Assembly: GCA_044445965.1 (NCBI GenBank)
Contig: JBIOEJ010000010.1
Coordinates: 4,512-68,511 of the forward strand
From: Hyphomicrobiales bacterium
Lineage (GTDB): Bacteria; Pseudomonadota; Alphaproteobacteria; Rhizobiales; Beijerinckiaceae
Reading direction: 5' to 3'
DNA: 64,000 bases
Shown here: one piece after another, positions 29,957 to 39,886 of the stretch
Layout: the number at the start of each line of letters is the position of its first letter
How positions within the stretch are numbered: position 1 is the first letter of the stretch
Made by a program: the position numbers and the translations under genes
The notes under the pieces: model-generated
The model's input: the letters and a program-made list of their open reading frames with translations, nothing else
The model's database searches: none
Told to the model about the DNA's origin: nothing

Positions 29957-30586
29957 TCAGAAGGGCTCGTTGCGGAAGGCTACGGTCGATAGGATGAGCC
30001 GCGAGTTCGTCGCCCCCGCCGTGCTCAACTGGGTATCCAATTTGCCGCCGAGGAAACTGGCCGAAAACGACATGTAGAGCGGCTCCAGATATGCGGCCCG
30101 CACGATGACGATCTGGCTGGTCGCCGGGTTCGAATAGAGGGGTGCGCCGTTCGATGTCCCCCAATTGATGCTCGTGCCGGTCACGGTCGGTGGAGTGAGC
30201 ACGGCGTTGGCGAAGGTCGACGGCGAACGGATGTCGATCTGCAAGGTACCGGCATTATAGGCCGCGGTGCAATTGAAGAGCGCGGTGATGCGGCTGCAGA
30301 GCCCATTCGGGCCGGTGGCGAAATTCGCCGCCGTCATGCTTTGCGCCTGGCCCGTCATGATGAGGCGCGCGGTGTCCTGGAGCGCCGTATCGAGAACCTG
30401 CCCGGTGAACACCACCAGCGCCGTCTGGAAGATCGCGAACATCAGGGCGAAGAACGGGATGGCCACGATCCCGAATTCGACGGCGACCGACCCTCGCCTA
30501 TCGGCGCGCAGCCGCAATGCCGGTCCGGCGGCCCGCACGCACTTCCTCTTGAGGGCCGAACACAGCCCCTCGGGGATCCCCATCAT
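29957..30586 (-). CDS. TadE/TadG-family pseudopilin-like protein
   Basis: 209 aa with the N-terminal motif RGSVAVEFGIVAIPFFALMFAIF. Confidence 0.75.
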   Translation of the reverse strand: MMGIPEGLCSALKRKCVRAAGPALRLRADRRGSVAVEFGIVAIPFFALMFAIFQTALVVFTGQVLDTALQDTARLIMTGQAQSMTAANFATGPNGLCSRITALFNCTAAYNAGTLQIDIRSPSTFANAVLTPPTVTGTSINWGTSNGAPLYSNPATSQIVIVRAAYLEPLYMSFSASFLGGKLDTQLSTAGATNSRLILSTVAFRNEPF

Positions 30587-30708
30587 GAACTCCGACTGCC
30601 GGAACGGCTCAGCCGATCGGAGAAGGGCTTAGCCGAGATCCGTAAACATGCGCTGAATCGGGCAGCCGGCATTTGAAAGGATCGCCGGGATCGGGGGGAT
30701 CGAGCGAG

Positions 30709-31428
30709 TCAATCCCCTAAGAGGGCTGTGGCGGCAAAGACATGAACCCGGCCCGCACCGATGACGATCGCATGGAGATGTGGGCGCTCGAATAGGGCCG
30801 TGAAGGCGCGATCGCGCAGATCGAGCCCACCCGCATAGGCGCCGAAGGCCGGTATGACGCAACGCCTGCCGTCGGTGGCGAAGCAGCGACGCCGTACGCT
30901 CCCGCCGCGCGCCGGGATACGGGCCATCGGATGCAGATGGCCCGCGATCTCGCCCACCCCGCCGAGGCTCTTTCGAGGCTCGTGACGGGCGGCGACGCCC
31001 CCGACGCCGCATGCCTCGGCATGGTCTCCCGGCAGCCCGGCGGGCGCCGAGGGATCATGGTTTCCCGCAACCCAGACCCAGTCGCGCCCGGCTTGCATCG
31101 CGCCGAGCGCGGCGCGGCAATCGGCGCCGAGGCGGGTCGCGCCATCGGCATCGTGAAAGCCGTCGCCGAGCGAGATGACGCGTCTCGGATCATAGCGGGC
31201 GATCACCGCCGAGAGCATGGCGAGCGTCGCCGGCGTATCATAGGGCGGCAGCAACATGCCGCGTCGCGCGAAGGACGAGCCCTTTTCGAGGTGCAGATCG
31301 GCGACGATCAGGGTTCGCTCTCCCTCATGCCAGAGCCCCCCCGAGACGTCGGCGACGAAGAGGCTCGCCCCGATCCTGATCTCGCAGGCGTGTTTATGCG
31401 GCGCTGGCATATGCCGAGCCAAGCTCAA
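30709..31428 (-). CDS. pdeM: ligase-associated DNA damage response phosphoesterase PdeM
   Basis: Calcineurin-like motifs LIVADLHLEKG, SLGDGFHD and VAGNHD. A TTG start overlaps the helicase stop; an alternative ATG lies at 31410. Confidence 0.8.
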   Translation of the reverse strand: MSLARHMPAPHKHACEIRIGASLFVADVSGGLWHEGERTLIVADLHLEKGSSFARRGMLLPPYDTPATLAMLSAVIARYDPRRVISLGDGFHDADGATRLGADCRAALGAMQAGRDWVWVAGNHDPSAPAGLPGDHAEACGVGGVAARHEPRKSLGGVGEIAGHLHPMARIPARGGSVRRRCFATDGRRCVIPAFGAYAGGLDLRDRAFTALFERPHLHAIVIGAGRVHVFAATALLGD

Positions 31429-34010
31429 GACAGGGCTTCCTGCATCAATGCGGCCTCCGCCTCCGCCAGCATCTCGTCGCGCGCCTCGCCATGGACCGCC
31501 TCGCGGCCGATCTCCAGGATGATCGAAACGGCGAGCGGCGAGACACGCTCCAACCCCTTATGCCTGATTCGCCCCACGATGCGCGAGAGCATCGTGGCGA
31601 GCCGCTTGAGGTCGAGGAGGCCGGTCGCCGCATCCTCGCGCGCCGCCCGCAGCAGGATATGGCCGGGCTCATGCGTGCGCAGCACGTCGTAGACGAGATC
31701 GCTCGAGATGGTCACCTGGCGGCCGGTCTTCTGCAGGCCGGGATGACGGCGCTCGATCAGGCCGGCGATGATGGCGCAGGCGCGGAAGCTGCGCTTCATC
31801 AGCGCCGTCTCGGCGAGCCAGGCCTCGAGATCGTCGCCCAGCATGTCTTGCGCGAACAGGTCGTCGAGCGAAAGCCTCTCCTGCGCGACGGCGAGCCCGA
31901 TATCGCTCAAGCCCCAGACGCCGATGCCGTAATCGTTGCAGGCGAAGCCTAGCGGCCGCAGCCGCGCGCGCTCAAGCCTGCGCGTCAGCAACATGCCGAG
32001 CGTCTGATGGGCGAGCCGCCCCTCGAAAGGATAGGCGACCAGGAAATGGCGGCCGGCGCTCGGGAAGGTCTCGACCAGCAACCCGTCCCGCTCCGGCAGC
32101 AGCGAGCGCCGCGCCTGCCAGGCCAGCCATTGCGCGACCTCGGGCGGCAGCTTCGACCAGCTCGAAGGATCGGCGAGCATCGCCCGCACCCTGGCGGCGA
32201 GAAAGGTGGAAAGCGGGAATTTGCCGCCGTCATAGGAGGGAATTTTCGGATCGGTGCCGGGCCGGGCCCGAGAGGCCACCACCTCGTTCTCGCTGATGCC
32301 CTCGAAGCGCAGGATCTCGCCCGCGAACATGAAGGTATCGCCGACCGTCATCTGCTCGGCCCAATATTCCTCGAGCTCGCCGAGCACGCGGCCGGAGCGG
32401 CGCAATATGCCGGTCGCGGCCGGAGCGCCCGGCTTGGCGCGTCTGAGACGCCCGAGCCGCACTTTGAGCATCGCGGCCTCGACGATGGTGCCGACATTCA
32501 GCCGGTATTGCTGGATGACGCCCGCGGTCGCGGCGCGCCAGCGTCCATCCCTCCCCTGTCTGATCTTGGCGAAGCGCTCATAGGAGCGCAGCGCATAGCC
32601 CCCCGTCGCCACGAACTCCATCACGGCGTCGAAGCTTTGGCGCGCGAGGCCCGCGTAAGGCGCGGTCGAGGCGACTTCCGCATAGAGCTCATCGGCGAGG
32701 AACGGATCGCCGCAGGCAACGCCGAGCACATGCTGGGCCAGCACGTCGAGCGCGCCGACGCGCGCATCGGGTGTGTCCTGCGCCGCCGCTTCCACCGCCT
32801 CGAGCGCCGCTTCCGCTTCCAGCGCCTCGAAACGGTTCGAGGGCACGATAACGGCTTTCGAGGGTTCGTCGAGCCGGTGATTGGCGCGCCCGATGCGCTG
32901 CATCAAGCGGCTCGCGCCCTTGGGGGCTCCGACATTGACGACGAGATCGACATCGCCCCAATCGATGCCGAGATCGAGCGTCGAGGTGCATACGACCGCC
33001 TTGAGCCGGCCTTGCGCCATTGCCGCCTCGACCTTCTTGCGCTGCGCCGCATCGAGCGAGCCGTGATGCAGCGCGATCGGCAGCGAATCCTCGTTCATGC
33101 GCCACAGCGCCTGGAACAGGAATTCGGCCTGCATGCGCGTGTTCACGAAGACGAGCGACATCTTATGGGCGCGGATCGCCGCGTAGATCTCCGGCAAGGC
33201 GTGCCTGGTGATATGGCCGGCGAGCGGCAGTTGCGCTTGTGTCGCGAGGATCGACAGATCGGCGGGCGCGGCGCCACCGGCCGTCACGAGATCGGCGAGA
33301 CTCGCCGCGCCATCCCGCCGCGTGGTGGCGCCGAGCCAAAGCTGCAAGGCTTGCGGCTCCCGCACGGTCGCCGAAAGACCGACGCAGGCAAGGCCTGGCG
33401 CGATGGTCTTCAGCCGCGCGAGATCGAGCGCCAGCAGGTCGCCGCGCTTCGAGGTCACAAGCGAGTGCAGTTCGTCGACGATGACGCGCCTTAGGGAGGC
33501 GAACAGCTCGCGCGATTCCTTCGCCGCGAGCAACAGCGCCACCTGCTCGGGCGTCGTCAGAAGGATATCGGGCGGCGCCGTCTTCTGGCGCTGCCTGGCG
33601 GCGGTCGAGGTGTCCCCGGTGCGGGTCTCGACACGGATCGCCAATCCCATCTCGGCGAGTGGCGTCCGTAGGTTGCGCTGCACGTCGGCGGCGAGCGCCT
33701 TAAGCGGCGAGACGTAGAGCGTGTGGAGGCGACGCCGTCCGCGTTTCCTCTCCCTCCCTGGACTTGGACCGGATCGTAGTCCGGGCTTTGATCCGGGGAT
33801 TGCGGGCGACGCAAGCTCGATCAGGCTCGGCAGGAAGCCGGCGAGCGTCTTGCCGGCTCCGGTCGGCGCCACGAGAAGCACCGAGCGTCCCTGGCGCGCC
33901 TTGCCGATCAGCTCGAGCTGATGGGTGCGCGGCGCCCAGCCCCGCGCGGCAAACCAGGCGGCGAAGGGCTCGGGTAATGTGGCAAAGGGAGGAACTGCGT
34001 CGATCTTCAC
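31425..34010 (-). CDS. ligase-associated DNA damage response DEXH-box helicase (Lhr-core type)
   Basis: 861 aa with Walker A APTGAGKT, DELH, helicase C and a C-terminal DEAD-associated region. Confidence 0.9.
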   Translation of the reverse strand: MKIDAVPPFATLPEPFAAWFAARGWAPRTHQLELIGKARQGRSVLLVAPTGAGKTLAGFLPSLIELASPAIPGSKPGLRSGPSPGRERKRGRRRLHTLYVSPLKALAADVQRNLRTPLAEMGLAIRVETRTGDTSTAARQRQKTAPPDILLTTPEQVALLLAAKESRELFASLRRVIVDELHSLVTSKRGDLLALDLARLKTIAPGLACVGLSATVREPQALQLWLGATTRRDGAASLADLVTAGGAAPADLSILATQAQLPLAGHITRHALPEIYAAIRAHKMSLVFVNTRMQAEFLFQALWRMNEDSLPIALHHGSLDAAQRKKVEAAMAQGRLKAVVCTSTLDLGIDWGDVDLVVNVGAPKGASRLMQRIGRANHRLDEPSKAVIVPSNRFEALEAEAALEAVEAAAQDTPDARVGALDVLAQHVLGVACGDPFLADELYAEVASTAPYAGLARQSFDAVMEFVATGGYALRSYERFAKIRQGRDGRWRAATAGVIQQYRLNVGTIVEAAMLKVRLGRLRRAKPGAPAATGILRRSGRVLGELEEYWAEQMTVGDTFMFAGEILRFEGISENEVVASRARPGTDPKIPSYDGGKFPLSTFLAARVRAMLADPSSWSKLPPEVAQWLAWQARRSLLPERDGLLVETFPSAGRHFLVAYPFEGRLAHQTLGMLLTRRLERARLRPLGFACNDYGIGVWGLSDIGLAVAQERLSLDDLFAQDMLGDDLEAWLAETALMKRSFRACAIIAGLIERRHPGLQKTGRQVTISSDLVYDVLRTHEPGHILLRAAREDAATGLLDLKRLATMLSRIVGRIRHKGLERVSPLAVSIILEIGREAVHGEARDEMLAEAEAALMQEALS

Positions 34011-34130
34011 CCTGAAGAGCCGGAGCCTTTCGCGGTCATGTCAGGCTTTGCGTCGTCGCAAGATGACGCTCGCTCTGGGGCAAGCGCTTTCGATAAGGCA
34101 GGATGCCCGCCGCAGGCGGGGGAATCAAGC

Positions 34131-34934
34131 TCACGCCTTCAACAGCCACTCATGCTCGGCGGCATTGTGGAAGCGCCAGGTCCGCTTCGGGCCGGCCATG
34201 ACGTTGAGGTAATAGAGGTCATAGCCATGCGTCGCCGCGCAGGGATGGTAGCCCTTCGGCACGAGCGCGACGTCGCCGTCCTCGACCGTCATGGTCTCGT
34301 CGAGCGCGCGATCATCGGTGTAGACGCGCTGGAAGGCGAAACCCTGGGAAGGGTTCAGCCGGTGGTAATAGGTTTCCTCGAGCAGCGATTCATGGGGCAG
34401 GTTGTCGACATCGTGCTTGTGCGGCGGATAGGACGAGGTGTGCCCGCCTGGCGTGATGACCTCGACCACGAGAAGGGAATCCGCCTCGGCGGTCTCGGGA
34501 AGGATATTGGTGACGTAGCGGGTGTTGGTGCCCTTGCCGCGTATCTCCTGGCCGAGACCGGACGGCGGAATGAGGCGCGCCGGGCGCGCGCCGGCCTTCC
34601 CGGGCGCCGAGCAGACGGCGAGCGTCACATCGGTTGCGGCCACTGCCCGCCAATCGGAGCCGGCCGGCACATAGACCGAAAAGGGTTTGCCGGCGAAGGG
34701 CGATGAGCGTTCGCCGATGACGCCGAAGTCGCGCCCGCCGGACAGCACCTGCGCGCGGCCGCAGATGAGGACGAGGCAGACCTCGCGCTCCTTCGTATCG
34801 GCCTCGATGGATTGCCCAGCCTGCAAGCGATGCACATCGAAGCCGACATAGGTCCAATTGGCGCTTTGCGGCGTGACATGGGTGATTCGCCCTCGGCCAT
34901 CGGGAGCGGATGGCTTGATCAACAGCCTCGACAT
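34131..34934 (-). CDS. iolB: 5-deoxy-glucuronate isomerase
   Basis: 267 aa with IolB-type cupin sequence. Sits in an iolCDEB-ordered operon. Confidence 0.9.
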   Translation of the reverse strand: MSRLLIKPSAPDGRGRITHVTPQSANWTYVGFDVHRLQAGQSIEADTKEREVCLVLICGRAQVLSGGRDFGVIGERSSPFAGKPFSVYVPAGSDWRAVAATDVTLAVCSAPGKAGARPARLIPPSGLGQEIRGKGTNTRYVTNILPETAEADSLLVVEVITPGGHTSSYPPHKHDVDNLPHESLLEETYYHRLNPSQGFAFQRVYTDDRALDETMTVEDGDVALVPKGYHPCAATHGYDLYYLNVMAGPKRTWRFHNAAEHEWLLKA

Positions 34935-34953
34935 TCGACCTCCTATCTCAGAA

Positions 34954-35026
34954 GCGAATAGTGAGTAGCGAATGGCGAATGGAGGGCGGGCTCTGAACTA
35001 CTCGCAATTCGCTACTCGCTATTCGC
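34954..35026. repeat. imperfect inverted repeat built from heptamer-periodic units (GCGAATA/GTGAGTA/GCGAATG)
   Basis: Left arm 34954-34982 and right arm 34998-35026 match at about 25 of 29 positions, with a 15-nt spacer. The right arm abuts the iolE stop. Confidence 0.85.
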
Positions 35027-35910
35027 TACTTCCTTAACCCCGCTTCCTCGAGGAACCGCTTGACATTGGCGCAGCCGAGCTTCGCATAGGTCGCTGGATC
35101 GGCCTTCGCGGGGTCTTGCTCGGCCTCGACCACGACCCAGCCGGCATAGCCGGGAAGTTCCCGGAAAACCGAGACGAAATCGATGATGCCGTCGCCCGGC
35201 ACGGTGTAGACGCCCTCGACCACCGATTTCAGGAAGGACCAGTTCTCCCGGCCTGCGCGCGCCATCACCTCGCCGCGCACATCCTTGGTGTGCACATGGG
35301 CGATCCGCCGGCGATGGCGTCTGGCGAGCACCGCCGGATCGGCGCCGCCCCAATACGCATGGCCGGTATCGAGCAAGAGCTTCACGGCCGGGCCGGTGCT
35401 CTTCATCAAGCGGTCGATCTCGGCCTCGGTCTGCACCACCGTGCCCATATGGTGGTGGTAGACGAGGGCGAGACCGACGGCATCGAGCTTCTCGGCGAAG
35501 GCCGTGAGGCCGGAAGCGAAACGCGCCCATTCGGCATCGGTCATCACCGGGCGCCGCGAGAGCGGCTTCGTCTTGTCGCCATGCACGGTGCGCGTGCATT
35601 CGGCCGCGATCAGCACCTTGCAGCCCATCGCCTTGAGCAGCCCCGCATGAGCTTGCGCCGCCGCGAATTCCTTTTCCGCGTCGCGCTCGATCAGGAAGGT
35701 CGAATACCAGCCGGAGACGAGGGCGAGGCCATGCGCCTCGAGAATAGGCTTCAGCTTCGACGCCTCGCGTGGGAATTTATTGCCGAGCTCCATGCCCTCG
35801 AAGCCTGCCGCCTTGGCCTCGGTCAGGCATTGCTCCAGCGGGATATGGCCCCCGAGCTGGACCATGTCGTCATTCGACCAGCCGATCGGGTTGGCGCCGA
35901 TACGGATCAT
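35026..35910 (-). CDS. iolE: myo-inosose-2 dehydratase
   Basis: 294-aa xylose-isomerase-like TIM barrel. MIRIGANPIGWSNDD is typical of IolE. Confidence 0.9.
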   Translation of the reverse strand: MIRIGANPIGWSNDDMVQLGGHIPLEQCLTEAKAAGFEGMELGNKFPREASKLKPILEAHGLALVSGWYSTFLIERDAEKEFAAAQAHAGLLKAMGCKVLIAAECTRTVHGDKTKPLSRRPVMTDAEWARFASGLTAFAEKLDAVGLALVYHHHMGTVVQTEAEIDRLMKSTGPAVKLLLDTGHAYWGGADPAVLARRHRRRIAHVHTKDVRGEVMARAGRENWSFLKSVVEGVYTVPGDGIIDFVSVFRELPGYAGWVVVEAEQDPAKADPATYAKLGCANVKRFLEEAGLRK

Positions 35911-35921
35911 TCAGCTTCTCC

Positions 35922-37772
35922 TCAATCGCCCAGCCGCTGTCGCGCGGTCGCAGCCTCATAGGCTTTGCGCGCGGCATCGACCTCGCGCCGCGCCGAGACC
36001 TCCGGCACCGCCACATCCCACCAGGCGCCGCCCTCCTTGGTGGTGACCAGCGGGTCGGTATCGATGACGACCACGCTCGTGCGCGGATGGGTCTTCGCCT
36101 CCGCGAGGGCCTTTTCGAGCTCGGCGATCGACGACGCCTTGACGGCGATGGCGCCGAGGCTTTCGGCATGGGCGCGAAAGTCGATGTCGGGCAGAGTCTC
36201 GTGCCGCGCATCCGCGAGCAGATTGTTGAAGCTCGCCCCGCCAGTCGCCATCTGCAAGCGGTTGATACAGGCAAAGCCCCGATTATCGAGCACGATGATG
36301 GTGAGCTTCCTGCCGAGCATCACCGAGGTTGCGATCTCGGAATTCATCATCAGATAGGAGCCGTCGCCGACCATCACGACGACCTCCTCGTCGGGCTTGG
36401 CGAGCTTCACGCCGAGCCCGCCGGCGATCTCATAGCCCATGCAGGAATAGCCATATTCCATATGGTAGCTGCCTGACGCTCCGGCTTTCCATAATTTGTG
36501 CAATTCGCCGGGCAGGCCGCCCGCCGCGCAGACCAGCGTCGCCTTCGGTCCAAAGGAGCGGATGGCCGCCCCGATCACCTGCGCATCCGAAGGGAGCGCA
36601 TTGCCGCGCGGCGCCGCCAGCGCCTTGGCGGCGGCCTTCGTCCAGGCCGCCTTGTGCGCCGCAGCGGCTTTCGTCCATTGGCGCGGCGCCGCGTGATCGC
36701 CGAGCGTCCTCCCCAATTCATCAAGACCGGCGCGCGCATCGGCGACGAGCGGCCGGGAGCCGTGCTTGCCCGCGTCATAGGCCTGCACGTTCAGCGACAC
36801 GATGCGCCGCTTGGGGTTCTTGAACAGCGCCCAGGATCCGGTGGTGAAATCCTGGAGGCGCGTGCCGACGGCAAGGATGAGATCGGCCTCGGCGGCGAGC
36901 GCATTCGACGCCGCAGTGCCGGTGACCCCGATCGAGCCCATGTTCAGGGGATGATCGTCGGGCAGCGCCGACTTGCCGGCCTGCGTCTCCGCCACCGGAA
37001 AGCCGTGGCGCTCCGCGAAGCGCGCCAGCGTATCAGAGGCTTGCGAATAGAGCACGCCGCCGCCGGCGACGATGAGCGGCTTCTTGGCGTCGCGTACCAG
37101 GCTCGCGGCTTGCAGCAGCTCCTCCGCGTCCGGAGCCGGCCGCCGCGAGGTCCAGACGCGTTTCTCGAAGAAGCTTTGCGGATAATCGAAGGCCTCGGTC
37201 TGCACGTCCTGGCAGAGCGCGAGCGTCACCGGCCCGCAGTCGGCGGGGTCCGTCAGCACAGCCATCATGCGCCCCGCCGCGGGGATCAATTGCTCCGGGC
37301 GCGTCAGCCTGTCGAAATAGCGCGATACCGGACGCAATGTGTCGTTCGCCGAGACGAGCCCGTCGCCGAAATCCTCGACCTGCTGCAGCACCGGGTCCGG
37401 CCGCCTGTTGGCGAACACGTCGCCCGGCAGCAGGAGGAGCGGCAGCCGGTTGACATGCGCGACGGCGGCAGCCGTGACGAGGTTGGTGGCGCCGGGGCCG
37501 ATCGAGGTGGTGCAGGCCATCATGCGGCGGCGGAAGCTCGCCTTGGCGAAAGCGATGGCGGCGTGCGCCATGGCTTGCTCGTTATGGGCGCGCAAGGTCG
37601 GCAGCTCGTGGCGCAGCTGGTATAGCGCCTCGCCGAGGCCCGCGACATTGCCATGGCCGAAGATCGCCCAGACGCCTGCGAAGATCGGCATCTCCACGCC
37701 CTCGATGATCGTCCTCTGGGCGGCGAGGAAGCGCGTCAGCGCCTGCGCCATGGTGAGCCGAACGGTCTTCAT
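35922..37772 (-). CDS. iolD: 3D-(3,5/4)-trihydroxycyclohexane-1,2-dione acylhydrolase (decyclizing), TPP enzyme
   Basis: 616 aa with a TPP-binding GDGSYLMMNSE motif, in iol context. Confidence 0.9.
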   Translation of the reverse strand: MKTVRLTMAQALTRFLAAQRTIIEGVEMPIFAGVWAIFGHGNVAGLGEALYQLRHELPTLRAHNEQAMAHAAIAFAKASFRRRMMACTTSIGPGATNLVTAAAVAHVNRLPLLLLPGDVFANRRPDPVLQQVEDFGDGLVSANDTLRPVSRYFDRLTRPEQLIPAAGRMMAVLTDPADCGPVTLALCQDVQTEAFDYPQSFFEKRVWTSRRPAPDAEELLQAASLVRDAKKPLIVAGGGVLYSQASDTLARFAERHGFPVAETQAGKSALPDDHPLNMGSIGVTGTAASNALAAEADLILAVGTRLQDFTTGSWALFKNPKRRIVSLNVQAYDAGKHGSRPLVADARAGLDELGRTLGDHAAPRQWTKAAAAHKAAWTKAAAKALAAPRGNALPSDAQVIGAAIRSFGPKATLVCAAGGLPGELHKLWKAGASGSYHMEYGYSCMGYEIAGGLGVKLAKPDEEVVVMVGDGSYLMMNSEIATSVMLGRKLTIIVLDNRGFACINRLQMATGGASFNNLLADARHETLPDIDFRAHAESLGAIAVKASSIAELEKALAEAKTHPRTSVVVIDTDPLVTTKEGGAWWDVAVPEVSARREVDAARKAYEAATARQRLGD

Positions 37773-37797
37773 CTCATTATCCTCACGCAGCCATCCC

Positions 37798-39738
37798 TCA
37801 CGCAGCCAGATTCAGGCCTTTGGCGTCGTTCCACGCATCGACGAGCTTGCCGAAGCGCCGCGCCATATCGGCGATCGCGGCCTCGTCGTCCATGCGGCCG
37901 GCGAACCAGGCTGAAGCCGCCTCGGCGAAGATCGTACGGCCGATCGCGAAGCCCTTGACGAGGGGGCAGTCGGCGGCGGCGCGCAAGGCGGCAATCAGCG
38001 GTTCGGCGGCGGCGCCGAGCCCCAGCATGACGACGCCGCGGCAATAGGGATCGTTCGCCGCGACGACGCGCTCGATGGCGGCCCAGCCGCTTGCGCTCGC
38101 CTGCGGCTCGAGCTTCCACCAATCGGGCTTGATGCCGAGCGCGTAGAGCCACGCCAATACGGCAGCGACCGTGCCCTCGTCGAGCTTTCTATGCTGGCCG
38201 GCTATGATCTCGATCAGCAATTCGCGCCCCAGCGTGCGGGCGGCGTCGTGGACGCGGAGAAGCTCGCGGTCCTGGCGCGATTTGAGATCCGCGTCATCAT
38301 CGGGATGATAGAAGCATAGGCACTTGACGGTGTGGTGCACCGGCCATTCGGCGAGATGGCTGCCGAGATCGGCAAACCCGTCGAAATCGAGCGGGCGCGA
38401 GCCCGGCTTCTCGACCGGGCGCCCGATCCAGAGAGGATGTCGCGCAGCCAGGTGGAGGGCCTCCCCGCCATAGGTCGAATCGAGAAGCACGCCGAAGCCG
38501 TCGCGCCCCTTGGCGACCCGCGCGGCCGCGTCGACCGCGAGCGCCTTGAAAGCGGCGATCCTGCGGCGGTCTGCGCCATGGCGATGGGCAAGCTCCTCGA
38601 ACAAGGGCCGGTGATCGATCGCCAGCGCCGTCAGGGTCGGGGGTTGGGCCCGGCGTGTCGTCGCCCAATGCACATGGTTGAGCATCGCGTCCTTGCGCAG
38701 CGCGCGATGCGGGCTGCCATGCGTCAGGAAATATTGCAGCTCCTCGAAGGTCGGGCTTTCCGGCGAGCACAGAAGCCGCGACACGGCGAAGGCGCCGCAG
38801 GCATTGGCGATGGTCGCCGCCATCTCGTAGCTCTCGCCTCTCAGCCAGCCGCGCAGGAAGCCCGAGATGAAGGCGTCGCCCGCCCCCAGCACGTTATAGA
38901 CCTCGATCGGGAAGCCCTTGCCGATGATGCCGTCATCGATGGCGCCCGGGATCGCAGCGGGGAAGACGACGCAGCCCATCGGTCCGCGCTTCAGCACGAT
39001 GACGCCCTTGGTGAGGGCGCGGATGGCAGTGAGGGCTTCGAGCGTATCCTCTTTGCCGGCCGCGATATGGATCTCCTCTTCGGTGCCGACGATTAGATCG
39101 CAATCCGGCAGGATGGAGCGCAGATGCGCCGAGACCGCATCCGACCTCACATAGCGCTCATCGCCCGCCGCATGGCCGGCGAGCCCCCAGAGATTGGGAC
39201 GGTAATCGATGTCGAAGACGCATCTGCCGCCATGCTCATGGGCGATCCGCATCGCCTTGCGCTGCGCCGCATCCGCGTTCGGAGTCGAAAAATGCGTGCC
39301 CGTGACCACGACCGCCTTGGCGCTGGCGATGAAGGCCGCGTCGATATCGCTCTCGTCGAGCGCCATGTCGGCGCAGTTCTCGCGGTAGAAAAGCAGCGGA
39401 AAGCTCGCATCGCTCTCGACCGAAAGGATAGCGAGCGCGGTGAGCCTTGCCGGATCTGTGCGGATGCCGTCCTGCGCTACGCCCTCGCGCCGCATCTGCT
39501 CGCGCACGAAACGGCCCATCTGCTCGTCGCCGACGCGGGTGATAAGACCGGATTTGAGCCCGAGCCTCGCCGTCCCGATGGCGATATTCGCCGGGCAGCC
39601 GCCGACCGACTTCGCGAAGGAGGCGATATCCTCGAGCCGCGAGCCGATCTGCTGGCCGTAGAGATCGACAGAGCAGCGGCCGATGGCGATCACGTCGAGC
39701 GACTTCGCGGCCGGCTTCCCCTGCGGCCCATCCGACAT
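37798..39738 (-). CDS. iolC: 5-dehydro-2-deoxygluconokinase fused to a C-terminal DUF2090/aldolase-like domain
   Basis: 646 aa. N-terminal PfkB kinase (GAGDAF) plus a ~300-aa C-terminal extension, as in rhizobial IolC. Confidence 0.9.
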   Translation of the reverse strand: MSDGPQGKPAAKSLDVIAIGRCSVDLYGQQIGSRLEDIASFAKSVGGCPANIAIGTARLGLKSGLITRVGDEQMGRFVREQMRREGVAQDGIRTDPARLTALAILSVESDASFPLLFYRENCADMALDESDIDAAFIASAKAVVVTGTHFSTPNADAAQRKAMRIAHEHGGRCVFDIDYRPNLWGLAGHAAGDERYVRSDAVSAHLRSILPDCDLIVGTEEEIHIAAGKEDTLEALTAIRALTKGVIVLKRGPMGCVVFPAAIPGAIDDGIIGKGFPIEVYNVLGAGDAFISGFLRGWLRGESYEMAATIANACGAFAVSRLLCSPESPTFEELQYFLTHGSPHRALRKDAMLNHVHWATTRRAQPPTLTALAIDHRPLFEELAHRHGADRRRIAAFKALAVDAAARVAKGRDGFGVLLDSTYGGEALHLAARHPLWIGRPVEKPGSRPLDFDGFADLGSHLAEWPVHHTVKCLCFYHPDDDADLKSRQDRELLRVHDAARTLGRELLIEIIAGQHRKLDEGTVAAVLAWLYALGIKPDWWKLEPQASASGWAAIERVVAANDPYCRGVVMLGLGAAAEPLIAALRAAADCPLVKGFAIGRTIFAEAASAWFAGRMDDEAAIADMARRFGKLVDAWNDAKGLNLAA

Positions 39739-39886
39739 GGCGTTCTCCCAAGGGCATTCTCTCCAGGAGCCCGATGAAACATGAGTTGCGAAATCGCGTC
39801 AAACCGCGATGTTGCGCGCTTGACCGGCGCCGTGCATCAAGGCGAAAGCCGCGCCATAGAGATCGCGACACCCAAGGGAGAGGAAC

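Noticed and set aside
39788-39815. ATCGCG-N6-CGCGAT inverted repeat in the divergent iolC/iolG region as an IolR operator
   Set aside because: The arms are only 6 bp in a CG-rich background. The GGAA-N6-TTCC motif I recall for rhizobial IolR is absent, and no iolR gene lies in the window.
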